Shown piece after piece: positions 56,052 to 64,000 of a stretch of DNA of 64,000 nt. Numbering within the stretch: position 1 is the stretch's first letter; every line of letters begins with the position of its first letter. Source of the stretch: Dehalococcoidia bacterium (GTDB lineage: Bacteria; Chloroflexota; Dehalococcoidia; UBA2979). Position numbers and translations under genes: made by a program. The stretch is from positions 320,001-384,000 of the forward strand of contig OZ219871.1 in the NCBI GenBank assembly GCA_964291495.2, read 5' to 3'. The notes beneath the pieces are model-generated. The model saw only the letters and a program-made list of their open reading frames with translations, did no database searches and was not told where the DNA came from.

Positions 56052-56924
56052 TCAGCCCTCCTGGAGCTCCGCGAGGTGGTCCTGGGCGAAGCGCTCGATC
56101 AGCTCGGGAACGCGGTCCGTTTCGCGGAAGTCGACGGTCGTCAACGCGTGCTGGACGCCGGCGTCGCGGAGCGCCGCGAGACCATCGGCGGCGGCCTCCA
56201 TCCCGTCCGCGCTGATCACGACGTGAGAGTGGATCGCGACCGTCAGGTCGACGGGATCGCGCCCTTCGGCTTCGGCGGCGTCGTGGAGCATCCCGATGTG
56301 CTTGCGCAGCAGCGGGGCCTCGGCGCCTCGGGAGATCCAGCCGTCGCCCCAGCGGGCGGCGCGGCGGAACTGCTGCGGGCTGTTGCCGCCCATCCAGATC
56401 GGCAACCGCCGCGGCGGGACCGGCCGCGAGATCCAGCCGCCCACCTGGTGGAACTCGCCCTCGAAGTCGACCGGCTCGCCGGTCCAGAAGGCGCGGTACA
56501 GCTGCAGCATCTCGTCCGTGCGTCGCCCGCGGCGGTCCCAGGGCATCGAGAGCACCTCGAACTCCTCGCGCGCCCAGCCGATGCCCGCGCCGAGGATCAC
56601 GCGGCCGCCGGCGAGGTGATCGAGGCTGGCGAGGATCTTGGCGTGCAGCACGGGCTGGCGCATCGGCACGACGAGCACGGAGACGCCGAGATCGACGCGC
56701 TCGGTGATTGCGGCGAGGAAGGCCATCGTCGCGAGCGGCTCGAGGAAGGCCTCCTCGACCTTGAAGGGCGCGCGGTGCTCGCTGTCGTGCCGGCGGGGCA
56801 TCACGACGTGATCGGAGACCCAGAGCGAGTCGAAGCCGTGCGCCTCGGCGGCGCGGGCGTGCGCCTCGATGTGCTCGGGCGTCGCCCGCCAGCCGAACAT
56901 CGGCACCCGCAGTCCGACCTTCAT
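56052..56924 (-). CDS. LLM-class (probably F420-dependent) oxidoreductase
   Basis: SLWVSDHVV, LGVSVLVVP.R.P, GAGIGW..EEF, IWMGG, GDGW. Confidence 0.9.
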   Translation of the reverse strand: MKVGLRVPMFGWRATPEHIEAHARAAEAHGFDSLWVSDHVVMPRRHDSEHRAPFKVEEAFLEPLATMAFLAAITERVDLGVSVLVVPMRQPVLHAKILASLDHLAGGRVILGAGIGWAREEFEVLSMPWDRRGRRTDEMLQLYRAFWTGEPVDFEGEFHQVGGWISRPVPPRRLPIWMGGNSPQQFRRAARWGDGWISRGAEAPLLRKHIGMLHDAAEAEGRDPVDLTVAIHSHVVISADGMEAAADGLAALRDAGVQHALTTVDFRETDRVPELIERFAQDHLAELQEG

Positions 56925-56968
56925 GCTGCTCCTCCCTCGATGGCTACGCTGGGCCGGGAGCCTGGAGG

Positions 56969-57376
56969 CTACGACGGCGAGACGTCCAGGCCTTCAGCGG
57001 TGGCGGCGCGAGCCAGTTGCGCATCAAGCGTCGCCAGCGGCGCTCCGCGCCGCACGCCCAGTTCCAGGTACAGCGCGTCGTAGAAGGACAGGCCGTGGTC
57101 GCGTGCCAGGTTGAGGGCCACCTGCAGATCGGCCTCTCGATCCGTTTCGATGGGCAGCCATGTCAGTTTGTCCAGGAATTCAACGGCGTCACTCCCGCCG
57201 AGGCGGCCCCGTCGCTCTGCGACCAGCAGTGTGTTTCGCACTTCGTAGTGCCAGAGCGGCGGTACAACTGCCCCTTCCTCGCTGAGCTGCGCGATGGCTG
57301 CTTCGGTGCCCGGATCGAACTCATCCTCGAGGAGCCAGGACGCTGCGACAGAAGCGTCGAGAACGAGAAGGTTCAC
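56969..57376 (-). CDS. vapC: VapC PIN-domain toxin
   Basis: LVLDAS, W.YEV.N, LSFYDALYLEL, LATLD. Confidence 0.92.
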   Translation of the reverse strand: MNLLVLDASVAASWLLEDEFDPGTEAAIAQLSEEGAVVPPLWHYEVRNTLLVAERRGRLGGSDAVEFLDKLTWLPIETDREADLQVALNLARDHGLSFYDALYLELGVRRGAPLATLDAQLARAATAEGLDVSPS

Positions 57377-57624
57377 ATGCGGTGCCCCTCATGACGAGCC
57401 GCGAGAATCTCTTCCCGGGTCATCCCGGTGGGCGCCCGGTTAGCCCGCCACTCAAGGAATCGGTTTACCGCCTCCTCACGCTCAGCCCGTTCCCGGGCCT
57501 GAGCGGGGACCATGTGAACAATGGTCTTACCATGCCGCGTGATCGCGACAGTCTCGCCGTGCTCCACATCGCGCAGGATCTCGGCAAAGCGCGTTCGGGC
57601 CTCGGTCGCTTGAATCTCTCGCAT
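57373..57624 (-). CDS. Phd/YefM-family antitoxin
   Basis: ATEARTRFAEILRDV..GE.V.ITRHGK; operator-like dyad accGGTCG-ttt-CGACCagt at 57637-57655. Confidence 0.9.
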   Translation of the reverse strand: MREIQATEARTRFAEILRDVEHGETVAITRHGKTIVHMVPAQARERAEREEAVNRFLEWRANRAPTGMTREEILAARHEGHRM

Positions 57625-57665
57625 TGCGCACTTCCTACCGGTCGTTTCGACCAGTCAATATTACA

Positions 57666-58964
57666 CTATCCCACTGCGCCACAGGCCTGCAGCGCCTCGA
57701 TCTCCGCGTCGCCGAGCCCCGCCTCGCGCAGCACGTCGGCGCCGTGGCGGCCGAGGGGTGGCGCGGGGCCGGCGGCCCGCACGGGCGTGACGGACATCTC
57801 GAACAGCGAGGCGAGCTGTTGCTGCTCGCCCGTGATCGGATCGTCGATCGCGGTGAAGAGCGGCCCGGCCTGCGGGTCGTCGGCGAGCTGCGGCGAGAAG
57901 TGCATCGGCGCGACCGGCGCGCCGGCGGCCCGGAACTCCTCGACCCACTCGGCGACGGGCCGCGTGCGAATCAGTGCCGCCAGCTCCTTCCGCAATTCCT
58001 CGATCTCCAGCAGCATCTGCGGGTCCAGCGGGTCGAAGTCCGGGTCGTCCCCGCCCTCGTCGCGGGTGCCGAGGACGCCGCGAATCGCCTCGCGGTGCCC
58101 GGGCGAGGTCGCGCCGAGGACGAGCGGGCCGTCCTTGGCCATGTAGACGGACTGGTAGAGCCGCCGCACCGCGCCGAGCTGGCGCAGCGGGTTGCCGTCG
58201 CCCCAGGCGTCGGCGACCTCGGCGAAGCCCGCGCCGTCCTCGATCAGCGTGCGGACGCGATCGAAGGCGGGCATCGAGAAGACGGCGTCGGAGACCGGCT
58301 CGCGCATCACCGAGCTGCCGATCGCGGCCATCGCCCCGCGCAGCAGCGAGGCGTCGACCAGCTGCCCCTCGCCCGTGCGCGCGTGGTGGTGGACCGCCCC
58401 GACGATGCCGAGGGCGGTCCCAACCCCGGCGATCAGATCGGCCACCCACATCGACTGCGTGCCGATCGGGGTGCCCTCGGCGTCGAGGCGGCCCTCGTCG
58501 GCCATCATCCCGGAGTAGGCCTGCACGATCAGGTCGATCGCCGGGTCGTCGGCGAGCGGGCCGCTCGCGCCGAAACCGGTGATGCGCGCGTAGATGACGT
58601 CCGGCCGGTGCGCCGCGATCGTCTCGTAGTCGATGCCGAGCGAGCGCGCGACGTTGAGCCGGAAGTTGTTCATCACCACGTCGAAGCGCGGCAACAGGCG
58701 CTCGTAGACGAGCGCTCGCGCCTCGGGCCGTTCGAGGTCGAGCACGAGGCTGCGTTTGCCGCGGTTGAGCCACTGGAAGCGCTTGCTGGTGCCGGGCGCG
58801 ATGCTGCCGCTGCGGCGCGTGCGGTCGCCGTTGGGCGACTCGACCTTGACGACGTCGGCGCCCATGTCGGCGAGCAGCATCCCGGCGAGCGGCGCGGCGA
58901 TGATCTGCGAGAACTCGAGCACGCGCGTCCCGGTCAGCGGTCCCGCCCGTTGCGCCTCGGCCAT
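57666..58964 (-). CDS. class III CoA transferase (CaiB/BaiF)
   Basis: LADMGADVVKVE, NRGKRS, ITGFG..GP, catalytic VAD, APPLG.H. Confidence 0.92.
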   Translation of the reverse strand: MAEAQRAGPLTGTRVLEFSQIIAAPLAGMLLADMGADVVKVESPNGDRTRRSGSIAPGTSKRFQWLNRGKRSLVLDLERPEARALVYERLLPRFDVVMNNFRLNVARSLGIDYETIAAHRPDVIYARITGFGASGPLADDPAIDLIVQAYSGMMADEGRLDAEGTPIGTQSMWVADLIAGVGTALGIVGAVHHHARTGEGQLVDASLLRGAMAAIGSSVMREPVSDAVFSMPAFDRVRTLIEDGAGFAEVADAWGDGNPLRQLGAVRRLYQSVYMAKDGPLVLGATSPGHREAIRGVLGTRDEGGDDPDFDPLDPQMLLEIEELRKELAALIRTRPVAEWVEEFRAAGAPVAPMHFSPQLADDPQAGPLFTAIDDPITGEQQQLASLFEMSVTPVRAAGPAPPLGRHGADVLREAGLGDAEIEALQACGAVG

Positions 58965-59090
58965 CACGCCCTCCCCGTGGACTGCCAGGTCCGCACGGCG
59001 GGGATTCTAGCCCGGCGAGGCCGCAGGTTCCGGGCGACGGCGAGGCCGTAGAATCGAGCACACGCCGCACCCCTCGGATGGAGGCCCACC

Positions 59091-60476
59091 ATGACCCTCG
59101 CACGCGACCTCGCAGCAGCCATCTCGGCACTCGACCGCACGAACCTCGACGGCGAGGCGGTGCGCTGGGCGCAGCTCGGCATCGCCGACGCGATCGCCTG
59201 CGCGATCGCCGGATCGCACGAGGCCGCGCCGCGGCTGGCGATGGCAGCCGTGGGCGCCGACAGGGAGGAGGGGCCGTGCCTGCTGCTTGGCCTCGGCCGC
59301 CGCACGGGGCCGCTCAGCGCGGCGCTCGTCAACGGCGTCGCGGCGCACGCGCTCGACTTCGACGACGTGAACGACGTCCTCGGCGGACACCCCTCGGCGC
59401 CGCTCGTGCCCGCGCTGCTCGCCCTCGGCGAGGCCGACGGGGCGAGCGGGAGCGAGCTGCTGCTCGCCTACGTCGCCGGTTTCGAGACGGAGTGCAAGAT
59501 CGGGCTCGCCGTCAACTTCCACCACTACGACAAGGGCTGGCACCCCACCGCCACGCTCGGCGTCTTCGGCGCGGCGGCCGCCTCGGCGAAGCTCCTGCGC
59601 CTGAGCGAGGAGGAGACGGCGACGGCGCTCTCGATCGCCGCCTCCTTCGCGAGCGGGCTGAAGGCCAACTTCGGGACGATGACCAAGCCGCTGCACGTCG
59701 GGCACGCCTCGCGCAACGGCGCCTTCGCCGCGCTGCTCGCGCGGGAGGGCTTCACCGCCGGTGAGGCCGCCTTCGAGCACGAGATGGGCTTCTTCGAGGT
59801 CTACAACGGCCCCGGAACCTACGACGCCTCGCGCGTGCTCGGGGAGTGGGCGGACCCGCTCTCCGTGGTCGAGCCGGGCGTCGGGGTGAAGCCCTACCCC
59901 TGCTGCGGCAGCACGCACGCGCCGATCGACGCCGTGCGCGCGCTGGTCTCGGCCAGGAACATCGCCCCCGAGGACATCGTGTCCGTGCGCGTGCTCGCCC
60001 ACCCGAGCCGCATCCCGCACATCGACCGCCCCGAGGTGCACACCGGCCTCGAGGGCAAGTTCTCGATCCAGTACTGCGTCGCCCGCGCCATCCACGACGG
60101 TGCGCTTCGGCTAAGCCACTTCGAGGACAGCCTGGCGACGGAGGCCGCCGTACAGGCGCTGATGCCCGGCGTAAGCATCGAGCCCGGCGTGCCGCGCGAG
60201 TCCGACGAGCGCCTCGCCGTGCGCGTCGAGATCGCCACCCGCGACGGCGCGACGCACGACTGGCGCGTCGAGGAGGCGATCGGCACGGGCGGCGCGCGAT
60301 CGCCGATCCCGGAGGCCGACTTCCGCAGCAAGTTCGAGGACTGCTGCACGCGCGCGATCAGCAGCGAAGCCACGGATCGCCTCTACGCGCTCTGCTTCGA
60401 CCTCGACGGCGTCGCCAGCGTCTCCGACCTCACGGCGACGGTCGCCGAGGGGGCGCGGGCGGCAGTGGCGGGCTAG
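59091..60476 (+). CDS. MmgE/PrpD family protein
   Basis: AHALDFDD, GHPS, GWHPT, GTMTKPLH, KPYPCC..TH, KFS. Confidence 0.92.
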   Translation: MTLARDLAAAISALDRTNLDGEAVRWAQLGIADAIACAIAGSHEAAPRLAMAAVGADREEGPCLLLGLGRRTGPLSAALVNGVAAHALDFDDVNDVLGGHPSAPLVPALLALGEADGASGSELLLAYVAGFETECKIGLAVNFHHYDKGWHPTATLGVFGAAAASAKLLRLSEEETATALSIAASFASGLKANFGTMTKPLHVGHASRNGAFAALLAREGFTAGEAAFEHEMGFFEVYNGPGTYDASRVLGEWADPLSVVEPGVGVKPYPCCGSTHAPIDAVRALVSARNIAPEDIVSVRVLAHPSRIPHIDRPEVHTGLEGKFSIQYCVARAIHDGALRLSHFEDSLATEAAVQALMPGVSIEPGVPRESDERLAVRVEIATRDGATHDWRVEEAIGTGGARSPIPEADFRSKFEDCCTRAISSEATDRLYALCFDLDGVASVSDLTATVAEGARAAVAG

Positions 60477-60493
60477 CGGGACAGGGGCCCGAC

Positions 60494-61081
60494 GTGGCTG
60501 CCAATCTGCCCGAGGGCTACGCGGAGATCGGGCGCTGGGAGCTCGGCCAGGTGCGGCGTCGGGTGATCGTGCTGCTCTTCGTGCTCTCGCTGGTCGCGAT
60601 CGTTGTGACGGCGAACGTCGCCATAGCGATCCAGTACCTGGCGACCGGCGTCTCCTCGATCAGCCTCGACCTCGGCACCTTGGCGCTTGGGCTGGTCGGC
60701 GGGTTGGCGCTGCACGAGGCGGCGCACGCCGTCGCCTTCCTCGCGCTGGGCGCGCGGCCGCGGTTCGGGGCGAAGTGGAGCACGCGGTTCGGCCCTATGC
60801 TCTACGCCTCTGCGCCCGGCTCCTGTCTGAGCAGGAGAGGCTACGTCGTGGTCGGTCTCGCCCCGGCGGTCGGATTGACCGTGGTGCTGCTGGCGGTGAT
60901 CGCGGTTGCGCCGACGGGCGGGCTCATCGGGAGCGCGGCGTTCCTGGCCGTGATCCTGAACGTCGGGGGATCCGCCGGCGACGCGATGATGATGCGCACG
61001 GTGCTGACGTACCCCGCGGATGCGCGCTTCGAGGACACCGCGGATGGGTTCGTGATCTACGGGCCGGAGCCCGCGGGGTAG
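60494..61081 (+). CDS. DUF3267 putative membrane zincin peptidase
   Basis: LHEAAH within TM context, LAP, N.GGSAGD; GTG 60494. Confidence 0.8.
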   Translation: MAANLPEGYAEIGRWELGQVRRRVIVLLFVLSLVAIVVTANVAIAIQYLATGVSSISLDLGTLALGLVGGLALHEAAHAVAFLALGARPRFGAKWSTRFGPMLYASAPGSCLSRRGYVVVGLAPAVGLTVVLLAVIAVAPTGGLIGSAAFLAVILNVGGSAGDAMMMRTVLTYPADARFEDTADGFVIYGPEPAG

Positions 61082-61127
61082 CCGTAGGGGATTGCACAGC
61101 ATGCTTGACGCATGCTATCGTCATGAC

Positions 61128-61361
61128 ATGGCGAACCTGCAGGTGAAGAACGTGCCCGACTCACTCCACGAACGTCTGCGCCGCCACGCGCAGGAGCAGA
61201 ACATCACGCTTGGCGCCGCCGTGCTCAACGCCGTCGAGCGCGAACTGGCGAGGGCCGAGTGGCGCCGCCGCCTGGCGCAGCGCCCGACAACCTACCTCGG
61301 CATCCCCGCCGCAGATCTGCTCGTCGCAGAGCGCTCCGAACGCGAGACGGAGCTTGGGTGA
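61128..61361 (+). CDS. FitA-like ribbon-helix-helix antitoxin
   Basis: MANLQVKNVPDSLHERLR; upstream AGCATGCT/GCATGCT palindromes at 61098-61116. Confidence 0.88.
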   Translation: MANLQVKNVPDSLHERLRRHAQEQNITLGAAVLNAVERELARAEWRRRLAQRPTTYLGIPAADLLVAERSERETELG

Positions 61362-61759
61362 CGGGCTACGTCGTCGACGCCTCGGTCGCCGTCGAGTACC
61401 TCCTCAGGACACCGCTCGGACTCGCCCTCGCCGACATGATGGAGAGCGGCCCTCTCGCAGCGCCCGAGCTGATCGATGTCGAGGTGGTCTCGGTGTTGCG
61501 CAAGGCCGTGCTTCATGGCCGCCTCGACGAGGCGCGAGCACTGATGGCGATCGACGACCTGGAGTTCTGGCCGGTCGAACGACTGCCGCACGCGGAGTTC
61601 GCGCGGTCCGCCTGGCAGTACCGCCACAATGTCAGCGCCTATGATGCCTTCTACGTGGCCGTCGCCGACGCCCTCGCGCTGCCCCTGCTGACCGCCGACG
61701 GGCGGCTCTCGCGGGCCTCGGGGCTGGGCGTCGCCGTGCAGCACGTGTACATGAGCTGA
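61358..61759 (+). CDS. vapC: VapC PIN-domain toxin
   Basis: VVDAS, EV..VLR, N.SAYDAFYVA, LLTAD; GTGA overlap with the antitoxin. Confidence 0.92.
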   Translation: MTGYVVDASVAVEYLLRTPLGLALADMMESGPLAAPELIDVEVVSVLRKAVLHGRLDEARALMAIDDLEFWPVERLPHAEFARSAWQYRHNVSAYDAFYVAVADALALPLLTADGRLSRASGLGVAVQHVYMS

Positions 61760-61797
61760 GCCGGCCCTCGCGTGACTGCGGCGCGACTGGAGGCACG

Positions 61798-62832
61798 ATG
61801 CGCGTCGGGCTGTTCCTGACCAGCCAGCAGCACCTCGACACCGACATGGTCGTCGCCTTCCAGGAGCAGGCGGCGATGGTGCGGCTGGCGCGCGACGCCG
61901 GCTGGGACTCGCTGTTCAGCGGCCAGCACTACCTCAACGAGGGCGACAACCAGGGCCTCCAACTCGTGCCCTTCCTCGCCCGCCTGCAGGCCGAGGCCGG
62001 CGAGATGACGGTCGGCCTCGGCATCCTGCTGCTCAACCTCCACAACCCCGTCTACGTCGCCGAGACCGTCGCCACGCTCGACGTGATCAGCAGCGGGCGC
62101 TTCGTCTTTGGCATCGGCCTCGGCTACCGCGACATCGAGTTCGACGCCTTCCGCGTGCCTCGAGGCCAGCGCGTCGCGCGCTTCGAGGAGACGCTGGCGC
62201 TGGTCAAGCGCTTGTGGACCGAGGAAACCGTCAGCCACGAGAGCGAGACCACGAAGCTGGACGGCGTGCGCATGAACCTGCGCCCCGTGCAGCAGCCGCA
62301 TCCGCCGATCTGGATCGCGGCCAACAGCGACGCCGCCGTGCGGCGCGCCGCCCGCCTCGGCGACGCCTGGTTCATCAACCCGCACGCCACCCTCGAGACC
62401 GTGCGCCGCCAGCTCGCGCTCTACCGCGAGGAGCGCGCGGCGGCCGGGCTGGGCGCGCCCGCCGCGCTGCCCGCGCTGCGCGAGGTCTACTGCGCGCCCG
62501 ACCGCGAGACGGCACTGCGGCTGGCCGCTCCAGCCCTCGGCGGCAAGTACGCGGACTACGCACGCTGGGGCCAGGACGAGGTGATGCCGGGCGAGGAGCA
62601 GTTCGGCGCGCCGTTCGAGGAGCTGCTCTCGGACCGCTTCGTGCTCGGTTCTCCCGAGGAGTGCTACGCGCAGCTGCGGCCGCTCTGGGAGGAGCTGGGC
62701 GTGACCGAGCTGATCATCCGCACGCACTGGGCCGGCCTGCCCGCCGAGGACTCGCTGGCGAGCATGCGGCTAATCTCGGACGAACTGCTCCCCGAGTTGC
62801 GGCGCGCGCAGCCCGCGGAATGGAGGATCTGA
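61798..62832 (+). CDS. LLM-class flavin-dependent oxidoreductase
   Basis: GQHY, NPV.VAE..ATLD, GRF.FG.GLGYR, PVQQPHPPIW. Confidence 0.9.
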   Translation: MRVGLFLTSQQHLDTDMVVAFQEQAAMVRLARDAGWDSLFSGQHYLNEGDNQGLQLVPFLARLQAEAGEMTVGLGILLLNLHNPVYVAETVATLDVISSGRFVFGIGLGYRDIEFDAFRVPRGQRVARFEETLALVKRLWTEETVSHESETTKLDGVRMNLRPVQQPHPPIWIAANSDAAVRRAARLGDAWFINPHATLETVRRQLALYREERAAAGLGAPAALPALREVYCAPDRETALRLAAPALGGKYADYARWGQDEVMPGEEQFGAPFEELLSDRFVLGSPEECYAQLRPLWEELGVTELIIRTHWAGLPAEDSLASMRLISDELLPELRRAQPAEWRI

Positions 62833-63227
62833 TGGTGCGGATCGTTCGGCTCTACAGCGGCGACGACGGCGAGTCGCACTTCGAGGACCTCGACATCCCG
62901 ATTGAGGGCGGGCTCTCGATGGCGTTCCCCGTCGATACGCTGGACTTCCGAGAGGCGCCCGAGGAGCACGACCCGGACTGGCACAACGCCTCGCGCCGGC
63001 AGTTCGTGATCACGACCAGCGGGGCGCTGGAGATCGAGATCGCCGGCGGGGAGAGGCGCCGCCTCGGCCCCGGCGATGCGATGCTCGCCGAGGACCTGAC
63101 CGGGCACGGGCACGTCTCGCGGACCGTGGAGGCGCCTCGCCGCAGCATCGTGGTCACACTCGCCCCCGGCGCCGACATCGAGGCGCTGCTGGACCGGCTC
63201 CGCGGTGGTGGCGACGGCAGTGACTGA
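62832..63227 (+). CDS. cupin-like protein
   Basis: MVRIVRLYSGDDGESHFED, WHNA.RRQ, EDLTGHGH. Confidence 0.82.
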   Translation: MVRIVRLYSGDDGESHFEDLDIPIEGGLSMAFPVDTLDFREAPEEHDPDWHNASRRQFVITTSGALEIEIAGGERRRLGPGDAMLAEDLTGHGHVSRTVEAPRRSIVVTLAPGADIEALLDRLRGGGDGSD

Positions 63228-64000
63228 CTCCTCGCGCACCGGCACGCTGGAGGTGCTGATCCGCGACGCGCGGGCGGACGACCTGCCGGCGATGCAGCGC
63301 ATCCTCAACCGCGAGATCGTCGAGGGCGTCGCGCACTGGGACGAGTGGCCCTGGAGCGCCGCGCGGCGGCGCGAGTGGTTCGAGCAACAGCGCGCCGAGG
63401 TGATGATCGTCGCCGTCGGGCCGCACTCGGTCGCCGGGTTCGCCTACCTCTCTCCCTACCGCGGCAAGTCCGGCTACCGTTTCACGCGCGAATGCAGCCT
63501 CTACGTCGATCCGGCGTTCCATCGCCGGGGCGTCGCGCGCCGCCTGCTCGCGGAGCTGATCGAGCGGGCGCGGGCGCGCAACCTGCACGCGCTCGTCGGC
63601 TGGATCGAGGCGGGCAACGAGGCAAGTCGCGCCCTCGCGCGCGAGTCCGGCTTCGAGGAGGTGGGGCTCGAGCGCGAGACCGGCTACAAGCACGGCCGCT
63701 GGCTCGACACCGTCGAGGTGCAACTGCTGCTCCAGTCCAGCGAGGAGCTCGAGCGCCTCGTCGCACCCGGCTTCCGCATCGTGACGATCGAGACGGCGGA
63801 GCAACTGGCCGAGGCGATCGAGGTCCGTCGCGCGGTCTTCATCGAGGAGCAGCAGGTCCCCGAGGAGGAAGAGATCGACGGCTACGACGCCGACCCCGCA
63901 GCGCCCGGGATGAGCGAGCGCGTGGTGCACGTGCTCGGCCGCCTCGACGGGCGGGCGGTGGCGACGGCGCGGCTGCTGCTGGACCACGCGGGCGAGCCGC
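63220..64000 (+). CDS. tandem GNAT acetyltransferase (YncA/Pat-like plus ElaA/YjcF-like), runs off the right edge
   Basis: Hand translation from GTG 63220: IRDARADDL...SLYVDPAFHRRGVARRLL...GYKHGRWLD, then IEVRRAVFIEEQQVPEEEEIDGYD...VATARLL, with no stop. Confidence 0.82.
   Translation, partial: MTDSSRTGTLEVLIRDARADDLPAMQRILNREIVEGVAHWDEWPWSAARRREWFEQQRAEVMIVAVGPHSVAGFAYLSPYRGKSGYRFTRECSLYVDPAFHRRGVARRLLAELIERARARNLHALVGWIEAGNEASRALARESGFEEVGLERETGYKHGRWLDTVEVQLLLQSSEELERLVAPGFRIVTIETAEQLAEAIEVRRAVFIEEQQVPEEEEIDGYDADPAAPGMSERVVHVLGRLDGRAVATARLLLDHAGEP

Overview
High-GC bacterial chromosomal segment with mostly housekeeping genes. A Chloroflexota (Dehalococcoidia-like) origin is inferred from gene content and style (short EF-Ts, short IF2, LLM/CaiB/PrpD/MaoC paralogues); this is not verified. 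From left to right: fabF-fabF-fabD, nnr, acpS, folD, a frameshifted prfB and a surface metallopeptidase; an inositol-glycolipid (PIM-like) operon (ino1, two acyltransferases, a PHP phosphoesterase, pimA-like, PIP-synthase-like pgsA, a thioredoxin-fold protein) divergent from a LysR regulator; proS-nusA-ylxR-infB-rbfA-truB; sucCD; nrtR, miaB and tRNA-Ser(GCT); an NrtR-boxed nadA-nadB-HAD-nadC-kinase operon; rpsB-tsf-frr-uppS-cdsA-dxr-rseP-ispG; tRNA-Ser(TGA); and a catabolic tail. Four complete type II toxin-antitoxin pairs and at least one remnant are scattered through it. The three strongest leads are: (1) the PIM-like operon, which holds candidates for steps whose enzymes are, as far as I know, unassigned in mycobacteria (PIP phosphatase, second acylation); (2) a MITE/boxC-like palindromic element inserted in frame in the first codons of a HAD gene, with a second copy 20 kb away; (3) an integrase-less higBA islet flanked by a perfect 48-bp duplication of the rseP 3' end. 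No CRISPR array, rRNA, integrase or transposase was seen.
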